A stretch of DNA of 17,737 bases, taken from contig JAGVEJ010000128.1 of NCBI GenBank assembly GCA_020058225.1, forward strand, positions 1 through 17,737, read 5' to 3'. The stretch's first letter is position 1, and each line of letters begins with the position of its first letter. Below the pieces are notes generated by a model. That model was given only the letters and a program-made list of their open reading frames with translations. It did not search any database and was not told the DNA's origin. Shown here in pieces: positions 1 through 7,686 of this stretch. The DNA is from Candidatus Zixiibacteriota bacterium (GTDB lineage: Bacteria > Zixibacteria > MSB-5A5 > GN15 > PGXB01). The translations under genes and the position numbers were made by a program.

Positions 1-1
1 A

Positions 2-97
2 GATTGCGGACAAATGCTTGATTATACCGCACCATTCGGTACAGAGAATTCAGGAAGAGCAGATATTCTTGATTCATATATTGGTCGAGCTGATTGA
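2..97 (+). CDS. 3' end of an upstream gene entering the window; product unknown (ends ...DILDSYIGRAD*)
   Basis: Frame 2 is open from the window edge to TGA at 95-97. It ends only 15 nt before the ATG of the next gene, which suggests co-transcription. No family is recognisable from 31 residues. Confidence 0.3.
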   Translation, partial: DCGQMLDYTAPFGTENSGRADILDSYIGRAD

Positions 98-112
98 AAG
101 TGATTTTATTGG

Positions 113-1369
113 ATGATTGATTTATTTCTAAAAAATTCAAGAAAAATAGCCTTCTATTCTTTGGTCGGCTATTTTTTCTCCACGACTTTTTCTCATTTTT
201 TGGCGCAGTCATTTTTTGCCATAGCTCTGCTATTTTCGATCATTACATTTTTTGTAGAAAAGAAATCCCCCTCCCAAATTAAATTGAATTGGTTCTACAT
301 TTTTATTTTGCTGTTTGTTGGATGGTCAATAATATCAGCCATTGCCGGACCTACCCCCCTAAAATCGCTTCCCATTTTAAAGGAAGAATGGCTTTTCCTC
401 ATGATTCCTGTGGTTGCCTTTTTGGCGGATACCGATAGAAAAATAAAAACGCTCTTAAAAACGCTGGCCATATCGGCCATCATCATATCTTTATTTGGAA
501 TTCTGCAATATTTTATTGCGCCATTAATATATCATGGCGATAAATTGTCGCAAACTCCGACGGGTCATTTTCGTGTTTCGGGTGGTTTTTCCCATTATTT
601 GACTTTTGGCAACTATTTTGCCATTTTGGCATCTTTGATAATCGGTATGGCTCCTTATCAAGAAAATCGTTCAACGAGGATTTTATTCTATTTGTCGTTT
701 GCATTGACCGCATTGGCGACAATATTAACATATAGTAGTGGGCCTATCGGCGCTTTACTATTCGGAATGTTCCTATTTGCAATGTCGCTTGGGCGTATTA
801 AAAGAATTGCGATTGTATCAGGTCTTGTGATATTCGCAATCATAATGATTATTTTTGCCCCCCTTGTCCTGGAAGAAATCAAACGCACGCTAATAATGGA
901 AAAGACCGGCTCTTATGATGGCTCTCGTTTGGCAATTTGGCGAACCTCTGGACGCATGATTGAAAAACATCCCATTTTTGGGGTCGGCCAAGGGAATTAT
1001 GATAATCTTTACATGCAATATGCCGATTCTTCCAATACAAAAAAATTCAGCCATGCCCATAATGATTTAATCAATATCGCCGCCTATGCTGGATTACCGG
1101 GGGCGGCGTTTTTTTTAGGTCTCTGGGTCATAATCATTTGGCAGATGTTTAAATTTATCACCCAAGACGGCGCACCACCTTTATTTCGCGGCGTGGCAAT
1201 TGGGACTCTTTTGGGGTCGCTGGTATTTTTATTTACCTCACAATATGAGGCCACTTTTGCCGACGAGGAACCGCGTTTGTTTCTGATGGCTATTTGGGGG
1301 CTATTTTGGGCCTGTCAAACGGCTATTAAGGCGAATGCCAAAGTGGCCGAAAATATAGAAAAGGCTTGA
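113..1369 (+). CDS. O-antigen ligase / Wzy-type polymerase family membrane protein (Wzy_C domain)
   Basis: 418-aa polytopic membrane protein. Near the C-terminus it has a Wzy_C-type periplasmic loop, 'RLAIWRTSGRMIEKHPIFGVGQGNY...HAHNDLINIAAYAGLPGA'. The R...GxGxGxF...HxHN...G..G pattern is typical of WaaL/Wzy/PglL-like proteins. Confidence 0.8.
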   Translation: MIDLFLKNSRKIAFYSLVGYFFSTTFSHFLAQSFFAIALLFSIITFFVEKKSPSQIKLNWFYIFILLFVGWSIISAIAGPTPLKSLPILKEEWLFLMIPVVAFLADTDRKIKTLLKTLAISAIIISLFGILQYFIAPLIYHGDKLSQTPTGHFRVSGGFSHYLTFGNYFAILASLIIGMAPYQENRSTRILFYLSFALTALATILTYSSGPIGALLFGMFLFAMSLGRIKRIAIVSGLVIFAIIMIIFAPLVLEEIKRTLIMEKTGSYDGSRLAIWRTSGRMIEKHPIFGVGQGNYDNLYMQYADSSNTKKFSHAHNDLINIAAYAGLPGAAFFLGLWVIIIWQMFKFITQDGAPPLFRGVAIGTLLGSLVFLFTSQYEATFADEEPRLFLMAIWGLFWACQTAIKANAKVAENIEKA

Positions 1370-1393
1370 CATTTTTGGGCAACAAATTATAAT
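1366..1393 (+). promoter_or_regulatory. consensus sigma70-type promoter TTGACA-N16-TATAAT
   Basis: TTGACA at 1366-1371 and TATAAT at 1388-1393 are both perfect hexamers with a 16-nt spacer. The -35 hexamer overlaps the stop codon of the upstream Wzy_C gene. It sits about 20 nt upstream of the 1413 ORF and about 295 nt upstream of tRNA-Val. Confidence 0.55.
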
Positions 1394-1412
1394 AGGATGC
1401 TGTTTTTGAATT

Positions 1413-1658
1413 ATGGCAAAGAAAGTAAAAAAAGCAGAGAAGGATCGGTTTGAATGGCCGTTTGGCCCCAAGAATTATTACCTGTTTGGGGCGGCCTTAT
1501 TGGTCATTATAATCGGATATATAGCGCTGGCTTCCGGCTCTATAACTCTGGCGCCGATGCTTCTGGTTTTGGGCTACTGTATCCTGATTCCGGTGTCAAT
1601 AATAATTGACGGAAGACGGAAAGTATCTCCTGCGGAAAATGTTTCGAGTGAGAGCTGA
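1413..1658 (+). CDS. small membrane protein, DUF3098-like (2 predicted TM helices)
   Basis: The 81-aa protein 'MAKKVKK...FEWPFGPKNYYLFGAALLVIIIGYIALASGS...LAPMLLVLGY' has a lysine-rich N-terminus, a 'FGxKNY' motif and two hydrophobic helices. This resembles the roughly 80-aa DUF3098 family of FCB-group bacteria. The assignment rests on recalled family features and was not searched. Confidence 0.55.
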   Translation: MAKKVKKAEKDRFEWPFGPKNYYLFGAALLVIIIGYIALASGSITLAPMLLVLGYCILIPVSIIIDGRRKVSPAENVSSES

Positions 1659-1688
1659 GTTTGTCCGCCTCAGGTGAAATGGATTTTC

Positions 1689-1762
1689 GGGCAGTTAGCT
1701 CAGCTGGCTAGAGCACCTGCCTTACACGCAGGGGGTCACTGGTTCAAATCCAGTACTGCCCA
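1689..1762 (+). tRNA. tRNA-Val (anticodon TAC)
   Basis: Cloverleaf folded by hand. The acceptor stem GGGCAGT/ACTGCCC and D-arm GCTC/GAGC are present. The anticodon stem CCTGC/GCAGG carries the loop CTTACAC. The T-arm is ACTGG-TTCAAAT-CCAGT with discriminator A. CCA is not encoded. Length is 74 nt. Confidence 0.9.
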
Positions 1763-1765
1763 GTT

Positions 1766-1819
1766 ATTTGACAAATAAATTTGTAAATCGAAACCCGCCA
1801 GCGGCGAATGATTTGACAA
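1766..1819 (+). repeat. direct repeat ATTTGACAA x2 (1766-1774, 1811-1819) in the tRNA-Val/tRNA-Asp spacer
   Basis: Exact 9-nt direct repeats 45 nt apart. Each contains a TTGACA -35-like hexamer. Confidence 0.4.
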
Positions 1820-1874
1820 TGCCTATTGGGGTTATTGTAGGTCAAAACCCCTTGCGGTTTCGACAATAACAGTC

Positions 1875-1952
1875 GGGGTTGTAGTTCAGTTTGGTTAGAA
1901 CGTCTGCCTGTCACGCAGAAGGTCGCGAGTTCGAGTCTCGTCAACCCCGCCA
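1875..1952 (+). tRNA. tRNA-Asp (anticodon GTC), CCA encoded
   Basis: The acceptor stem is GGGGTTG/CAACCCC. The anticodon stem TCTGC/GCAGA carries the loop CTGTCAC. The T-arm is GCGAG-TTCGAGT-CTCGT, with discriminator G and an encoded CCA at 1950-1952. Confidence 0.9.
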
Positions 1953-2095
1953 TAGATTCCGACCGGAATTTCCCCCTTGCACAGCAGATCAACAATCGCT
2001 TAGTTCTGAGTGAGCGTTCGCGGGGATCGTGGATGTTTCTTACTGCTCAGAGGTTAAAGCGGTTTGTGGCGAACAGCAGACTGGAGGGATAACAC

Positions 2096-2803
2096 ATGCC
2101 GATATCTCGGTCGCTTAGAGTTGCAGGCAGGGTTTTCGTCGCAATCCTGATGGGGGTATTTGTACTAAACTCCGTGGCGGTGGTGGTATTGAATTCTGAT
2201 CGCCTGCCGTCTGCGGTAGGATCTCAGACCTGGTCTGAGGGTTTCCTCAGCCACACTGCTATGTGGACGATATCATTGATCCTGATACTAATTGTCTCCA
2301 AAGGGAAGCTGCGATCTTTCGGCTTTTGCCGAGGGAAAAATTACAAGACGGCGCAGATTATTATTCCGGGAACGGTCGCCGGAGTCGCACTGGCGGCCGT
2401 TTTGCATTTGTTTCCGGAAGGTTCTAACTCTTTCCATCTGGACTATTCTTTCGCCCAGACTGTCATCTTCGTTTGGCTCTACGCTAGTGTTAGCGAAGAA
2501 TTACTTACCAGAGGGCTGATACAGAGTTTTCTGACTCCATTAGCTGATTACGGTTTTACTATCTTCGGCGTGAGAATTAGTCTTCCGGTTTTGATCGGCG
2601 CTCTTTTCTTTGGACTGATGCATGCCGCTTTGCTTACTACCGGCATGGCGTTGTTTTCCGTGATAAGTATTGTCGTATTTTCTTCAGTACTGGGTCTAAT
2701 CGCCGGATACCACAGAGAGCAGACAGGGAGTCTGATTCCGGCGATAATAGTGCATGCTCTTGGCAACATTGGCGGATATTGTATGGGGATGTTCATCGCG
2801 TAA
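2096..2803 (+). CDS. CPBP family intramembrane metalloprotease (CAAX protease / Abi-type)
   Basis: 235-aa polytopic membrane protein carrying the three CPBP motifs: 'EELLTRG' (EExxxR), 'FGLMH' (FxxxH) and 'HALGN' (HxxxN/D). Confidence 0.8.
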   Translation: MPISRSLRVAGRVFVAILMGVFVLNSVAVVVLNSDRLPSAVGSQTWSEGFLSHTAMWTISLILILIVSKGKLRSFGFCRGKNYKTAQIIIPGTVAGVALAAVLHLFPEGSNSFHLDYSFAQTVIFVWLYASVSEELLTRGLIQSFLTPLADYGFTIFGVRISLPVLIGALFFGLMHAALLTTGMALFSVISIVVFSSVLGLIAGYHREQTGSLIPAIIVHALGNIGGYCMGMFIA

Positions 2804-2986
2804 ACATTGTGCCAGACTTAACAGCATTCGTGTAACACTCTTCGACCAAACGGCGCGGCGCAATGGAGTCCACCACATGGCTACTATTCTATTGCTTTCC
2901 ATCGCTTTCCACCGATTCGAGTGTAGTGCAACCGCATCTGAAAATCGAACTCCACAACCCTGATTGCTCCATATCCGGGCATAGGC

Positions 2987-3268
2987 GTGCAATTATTTTC
3001 CCTGACTTCCGACGGTAAAGAGGTGGCTGAAGATATCAGCGGATCTCCGTATTATTATGATGCAGGTTGGACTGAATCAATTCTGACAATCCCGATGAGC
3101 CTCGGCGTTGCAATAGAGTTCAACAATAAATATGTCATTATTCCTGAATACCGTTTTCTTATAGCCGGCGGGGCCTCGACCGACTGGGCACCGGCTGGAT
3201 ATGCGCCGGCCGATGAAGGACCCAACAGTTCCATCTTCATGCTAAGTTTTGGCATGAAGCTTCAATAG
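2987..3268 (+). pseudogene. outer-membrane beta-barrel (porin/OmpW-like) C-terminal fragment, probably a gene remnant
   Basis: The frame is open from 2942 with GTG at 2987. The sequence has alternating hydrophobic beta-strand-like segments ('SILTIPMSLGVAIEF', 'YVIIPEYRFLIAGGA', 'SIFMLSFGMKL') typical of OMP C-termini. There is no signal peptide or N-terminal part, and it lies next to a transposase remnant. Confidence 0.3.
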
Positions 3269-3369
3269 TTCTTCATGCCGAGCGTGCCCCTCGCCGGTAT
3301 TAATGCAAGCATGTATGTCGTCAAATTCTGATACCAACCGCCTTTCGATAGATTTCTCTCCTTTTCTGA

Positions 3370-3495
3370 ATTGTTTCCTTTATGAGCTATTTCCGTTGTT
3401 CTAAGATTGAGATGTTTTATAATCGAGAACGCCGTCATTCAAGCCTGGGCTTTAAAAATCCAGTTGACTTCGAAAGGGCGGCTACCCTATCTTAA
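3370..3495 (+). mobile_element. C-terminal remnant of an IS3-family (rve/DDE integrase) transposase
   Basis: The frame ending at TAA 3493-3495 translates to '...KIEMFYNRERRHSSLGFKNPVDFERAATLS*'. The 'YNxxRxHSSLGxxxPxxFE' signature is the conserved C-terminus of IS3-family OrfB transposases. The frame closes with a stop at 3367-3369. The preceding about 110 nt contains no further transposase-like sequence, so this is a fragment. Confidence 0.6.
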
Positions 3496-3581
3496 CCACA
3501 TGTCCACTTTTTCAGGGAAAGATCATATCACTCAAAACATGGAGATAAGTAATCTTTGCTAAACAAGGAGGTTTGAAGATC

Positions 3582-4388
3582 ATGACACAGAGCAAGAGTA
3601 TCGTTCTGCTATTACTCTCGGTATCGTTATTGGCGCTGGTCGGCTGCGGAACCCAGGTTCCCTCGGGACATCGCGCCGTTTTCTACAGCACTTTTGGAGG
3701 CGGCACGGAGTTCGGACGGATCTACGGCGAAGGCTTCACCTTCCACCTGCCGTGGAACAAGATGTTCTTATACCGCACTCAGATTCAGGAGAAGAAGGAA
3801 GATCTTACCGTTCTGTCGTCCGACGGCGCTTCGATCAATATGGAAGTCTCTATTCTCTACTACCCGGAATCGGCAAAGCTTGATTCGCTTCAGGTTACGG
3901 TGGGAGAAGGCTACTACTCGGATATCGTAGCACCCAATATTAGAGGTATCGCCAGGGCTGTAGCCGGTCGCTACAAGCCCGAGGAAATCTATTCCACGAA
4001 GCGCGAACAGATGGCCAGAGAGATTATTGACGAACTGACGGCGTCAGTGGCCGAAAAGTGGATTGTCATCGAAAATGTACTGATTCGCAACGTGCAGATA
4101 CCGACCAAGATTTCCGATGCAATCAACTTCAAGCTGACCGCCGATCAGGAAACTCAGCGGATGCAGTTTACCATCGAGAAGGAACGACTCGAGGCTGACC
4201 GCAAGCGGATCGAAGCTCAGGGTATTGCCGACTTTCAGAAAATTGTCTCAGCCGGGCTGACATCGTCGTATCTGAAGTGGAAGGGGATCGAGGCCACCGA
4301 GCATCTGGCGACGTCGACCAACTCGAAGATCATAATGGTCGGCAACTCGTCTAATTCCATGCCGGTGATTCTGAGCGCCGACAACTGA
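3582..4388 (+). CDS. SPFH / Band 7 (prohibitin-like) domain lipoprotein
   Basis: Signal peptide with lipobox 'LALVGC'. An SPFH core follows ('...LTVLSSDGASINMEVSILYY...APNIRGIARAVAGRYKPEEIYS...REQMAREIIDELT...') and then a charged coiled coil 'EKERLEADRKRIEAQG'. The start is called at ATG 3582 because GGAGG at 3566-3570 lies 11 nt upstream. The track's TTG at 3573 is too close to the RBS. Confidence 0.75.
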   Translation: MTQSKSIVLLLLSVSLLALVGCGTQVPSGHRAVFYSTFGGGTEFGRIYGEGFTFHLPWNKMFLYRTQIQEKKEDLTVLSSDGASINMEVSILYYPESAKLDSLQVTVGEGYYSDIVAPNIRGIARAVAGRYKPEEIYSTKREQMAREIIDELTASVAEKWIVIENVLIRNVQIPTKISDAINFKLTADQETQRMQFTIEKERLEADRKRIEAQGIADFQKIVSAGLTSSYLKWKGIEATEHLATSTNSKIIMVGNSSNSMPVILSADN

Positions 4389-4403
4389 GCGCACTGATCG
4401 CAA

Positions 4404-4667
4404 ATGGCGCATATCGATTTCTCGAGTCTGCCGGACCATATTCGCAATGAAGTCATGCCTTACTTGAAGAACGGTCGTTTCGTAGTCCTTTCTAACATGG
4501 GGCATATGGATGTGATCAAACTTCAGCAAGAGGCCTTCGAACAGATGGTCGGCACGTTTTATCTGGAGGGTGCCGTGGACACATCGAAATATGTACACCA
4601 CATCATCGATTTCACCCCGGCAGAAACATATCCGAATTACGCCAAGCAACTGTTTCCAAAGAAATAG
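4404..4667 (+). pseudogene. alpha/beta-hydrolase C-terminal fragment (catalytic-His region only)
   Basis: The 87-aa ORF contains 'VVLSNMGHMDVIKLQQEAFEQMV', matching the C-terminal 'GH..h....PExF' catalytic-histidine block of alpha/beta hydrolases. The nucleophile-elbow GxSxG region is absent. The ORF begins 16 nt after the SPFH stop. Confidence 0.45.
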
Positions 4668-4831
4668 CGATTCCACCTAAGCGATTGCGAACGACGGCCT
4701 TACCAATTTTATCGGATCATCTTCCAACGACTTCCGTCGATTCGGACATAGTGCAACCTGATTGGGCAGTCGAACATGGCAAAAGTCTGGGGAGAGTGAG
4801 GTCGGGGCAGCTTAATATTATAAGATATTGT

Positions 4832-4851
4832 TGAACATTCACATACGTTCA
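4832..4851. promoter_or_regulatory. inverted repeat TGAAC-N10-GTTCA upstream of the wza-like gene; candidate operator
   Basis: A perfect 5-bp inverted repeat about 100 nt upstream of the Wza start, in the 286-nt intergenic region. TTGACT at 4876-4881 is a possible -35, but no convincing -10 was found. Confidence 0.2.
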
Positions 4852-4953
4852 TTTGGACTATTCAATACATAGAACTTGACTTTTAATCGTATTTAAATTA
4901 CCGTTCCGGTGATTTTGATAAGCCTTTTTGGAAAAATCCTCTATGATGGAGGG

Positions 4954-6450
4954 ATGAAAGTGCTATTTACCAAAGTTCATAAGCGAACTTTTTTTTATAT
5001 TTTGGCTCTATCTTCTTTACTATTGGCAATTTATCCTGCTCAGCCCATCCGGGCTGTGGGCGAATCTGCCTTCGACAAAGTCATTGATCCGGAGAAATAT
5101 ACCGTCGGCCCCGGTGACCGCTTCAAGATTGATTTCTGGGATGGCTCTACCCCTACTATCGATGTAACTGTCACGCCCGAAGGATTTTTGCTGTTGACCT
5201 CTATTGGTCAGGTCGATGTAGCCAATTTAAATCTTGATCAAGCGCGCAAAAGAATAGAGTCCGTCATAGCCAAATTATATCCTGATGGTCAATTTTCCAT
5301 CACATTAATAGGCGCTCGTTCCACCAAGATTTTAATCTCCGGCGGCGTTAAAATCCCGGGTCTTTATGAAATGCTGGCCTCACAACGTGTTTCCGAAATG
5401 ATAATCAAAGCCGGGGGATTTATCGATGGCAGTTCCAGCCGCAATATTTCTTTTGCCGGCGTAAATAGCTTCTACCGAGTGGATTTATTAAGGTATGAAC
5501 GATTGGGTGATCTTGACGCCAACCCCTATCTCTACTGCGGGCTAAAAATCGATGTCCCGATAATTAATGATTCTTCAACCTTTGTGCAGATATCCGGCGA
5601 GGTTAACAGTCCGGGCGGATTTGAATTTTGCGAGGGAGATAACCTTGGGACTCTTACCAAGCTTGCCAAAGGTCTAACCGGCAAGCAAAGCGATTCTGCA
5701 GTTGTTTTCAGGGAAAAACAAAAAATGGGTGTCGGTGTTGATGACTCTGCCTTTGCCGTCAAACCAGGTGACAAAATAATCATTGAGAGAAAACCTTTCG
5801 ATTTAATTGAAGGGTTTTTTTCCATTATGGGCGAGGTTTCCATGCCGGGCAGATATCCTCATGAAAAGGGGACAAGCCTTGCCATAGCGCTGGAAAAGGC
5901 GGGCGGACTTACGGATAAAGGGGATATTTATTCCCTCATTATTTTTCGTAAACCTGAGTACAGCCGTGAATCAGAAACTGCCAAAGCGCTCAAGGCGGCC
6001 AATGTGAATAACATGACTTTTATGAAAGATGCCGAGCCGCTTTCATTGAGGGTCGATAAATATTATCCCGAAAATTTGGACAAAATACCAATTTTTGCCG
6101 GCGATTCCATCTATATTCCTTTTCTAACCGGTTCCGTCGGTGTCTATGGGATGGTCAGTCAGCCGGGGATGATAAGCACAACTTCTTCAAAGATGAAATT
6201 GTCCGAAGTAATTTCAAAAGCCGGCGGCTTCTCTAAGGGCGCCGACAAGGGCGCCATTGATGTTTTCAGGAAATCTTCCGGTCTAAAAATAACCGGCGGG
6301 AAAAATATTAACATTTACGATGGGGATATTGTTATTGTGCCTAAAAATCCTCCCCAGAAGAAAACATTTTGGGATAGAATGCAGGACATTGCCACTGTGG
6401 TTGCGGCGGGGGGGGTTGTTTATCTTGTAGCGGAGGATTTATCTGAATAA
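4954..6450 (+). CDS. wza: polysaccharide export protein, Wza/KpsD family (Poly_export + SLBB repeats), outer-membrane/periplasmic
   Basis: An N-terminal signal peptide is followed by the Poly_export motif 'YTVGPGDRFKIDFWDG'. Repeated SLBB-like blocks follow ('VQISGEVNSPGGFEF', 'FSIMGEVSMPGRYP', 'VGVYGMVSQPGMIS'). The start is set at ATG 4954, preceded by GGAGGG. The track's ATG 4909 is in frame upstream and is the alternative. Confidence 0.8.
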   Translation: MKVLFTKVHKRTFFYILALSSLLLAIYPAQPIRAVGESAFDKVIDPEKYTVGPGDRFKIDFWDGSTPTIDVTVTPEGFLLLTSIGQVDVANLNLDQARKRIESVIAKLYPDGQFSITLIGARSTKILISGGVKIPGLYEMLASQRVSEMIIKAGGFIDGSSSRNISFAGVNSFYRVDLLRYERLGDLDANPYLYCGLKIDVPIINDSSTFVQISGEVNSPGGFEFCEGDNLGTLTKLAKGLTGKQSDSAVVFREKQKMGVGVDDSAFAVKPGDKIIIERKPFDLIEGFFSIMGEVSMPGRYPHEKGTSLAIALEKAGGLTDKGDIYSLIIFRKPEYSRESETAKALKAANVNNMTFMKDAEPLSLRVDKYYPENLDKIPIFAGDSIYIPFLTGSVGVYGMVSQPGMISTTSSKMKLSEVISKAGGFSKGADKGAIDVFRKSSGLKITGGKNINIYDGDIVIVPKNPPQKKTFWDRMQDIATVVAAGGVVYLVAEDLSE

Positions 6451-6454
6451 GAAT

Positions 6455-7651
6455 ATGAATGAAAAGGAATTCAATCTCTGGAGACTGCTTGAGGTAATTG
6501 CCCTCAGGATTAAATTTATTGTCATTTTTGTACTATCGGTGGCGCTTTTATCAGTAGTTGTTTCACTCCTTCTTCCAAGATGGTATGAGGCATCAGTCCT
6601 CATCCTCCCTCCAAAAGATGAAGGAATGCGGTTCAGCGCCGGCGGTGCCGAAGACATGGTTTCCATCACTGCCGGATTGGTGCTTCCCACCAGAGTTACG
6701 CCATCCGATGTTTATGCGCGGATTCTTAAAAGCCGTTCCATGACAGAGAGAGTCATTACAGCCAATAAATTGGATGAATATTACAAACAAGCCTCTCCCG
6801 CAGATTTGCTCCTAATTATGGAAGAGCAGTCGCTATTTCGAGTAACCGATGAGGGGCTTTTAGAAATTATATATACCGATAAAAACCCCAAAATGGCGGC
6901 GGCAATTGCCAATTCTTTTGCCGAAGAACTCAATATTATGAGCCGCGAGATATCCACGTCCCGCGCCAAAACTACTCGGGAATTCATTGGCAATCGACTT
7001 GGCGAAGTAGCCCATGAATTGGACTCTGCCCGCACTGCCTTGAATGAATTTCAAACCAAATATAAGGCGATAGATTTGGACAGGCAAACCCAATTGGCTA
7101 TCGAATCGGCGGTTAGTTTAAAAGTCATTCTGGCACAAAATGAAATCGACCTCAATATAAAAGAGAAGTCCCTATCGCCGACTCATCCCGATGTAATTAC
7201 TCTAAAAAGAAAAGTGGATGAAATTAAATCGCAAATTAGGATGTTGGAAGAAGGAAGCGAAAATGGTTCCTATTTGAGTCTCGCAGTGGCAGATGTTCCT
7301 GTTTTAAAAAGCCGTCTGGCCGAACTTACGGGAAAAGTCAAAGTTTCAGAAACCCTTTTTGAGATACTCTCCGAACAATATGAACAGGCCAGAATTCAGG
7401 AAAAAATGGATACTCCCTCAATCTCAATTTTGGACCGTGCTTATCCCCCTGAATTGCCGGTTAAACCGCAGAAAACCATAATTGTTCTCGTATCAACTGG
7501 AGTATCAATAATATTGGCAATTTTTCTGGCGCTACTTATGGAATATTTCGATAACCTTGGAAAAAATTCACCCGAAGATTACAATCGGGCCCGAATATTT
7601 ATTAATGCATTGTTTGGATGGGTACCAGGTATAAAGAAAATAAAAGGATAA
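6455..7651 (+). CDS. wzz: polysaccharide co-polymerase (Wzz/GumC chain-length determinant family), no kinase domain
   Basis: An N-terminal TM helix is followed by the Wzz-type motif 'ASVLILPP'. A long coiled-coil periplasmic region follows. The C-terminal proline-rich motif 'AYPPELPVKPQKTIIVLVSTGVSIILAIFLAL' precedes TM2. The gene begins 4 nt after wza. Confidence 0.8.
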   Translation: MNEKEFNLWRLLEVIALRIKFIVIFVLSVALLSVVVSLLLPRWYEASVLILPPKDEGMRFSAGGAEDMVSITAGLVLPTRVTPSDVYARILKSRSMTERVITANKLDEYYKQASPADLLLIMEEQSLFRVTDEGLLEIIYTDKNPKMAAAIANSFAEELNIMSREISTSRAKTTREFIGNRLGEVAHELDSARTALNEFQTKYKAIDLDRQTQLAIESAVSLKVILAQNEIDLNIKEKSLSPTHPDVITLKRKVDEIKSQIRMLEEGSENGSYLSLAVADVPVLKSRLAELTGKVKVSETLFEILSEQYEQARIQEKMDTPSISILDRAYPPELPVKPQKTIIVLVSTGVSIILAIFLALLMEYFDNLGKNSPEDYNRARIFINALFGWVPGIKKIKG

Positions 7652-7686
7652 ATCAAACCGTCATTTCTGCTAAATCTGAGGAATAT

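Noticed and set aside
1744-1995. 83-aa minus-strand ORF
   Set aside because: It lies entirely across the two tRNA genes and their spacer, so it is an artefact of the ORF track.
2754-2963. 69-aa plus ORF and the 2696-2992 minus ORF between the CPBP gene and the OMP-like fragment
   Set aside because: No recognisable motifs. They overlap each other in a region that looks like degraded sequence, so they are likely non-coding remnants.
3573-3575. TTG start for the SPFH gene as given in the ORF track
   Set aside because: The GGAGG RBS ends 2 nt before it. ATG at 3582 has proper spacing and directly precedes the signal peptide.
4248-4676. 142-aa minus-strand ORF (also 4235-4456) antisense to the SPFH 3' end and hydrolase fragment
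   Set aside because: It is antisense within the high-GC segment, where long spurious ORFs are expected. It is Arg/His-rich and low-complexity, and has no RBS.
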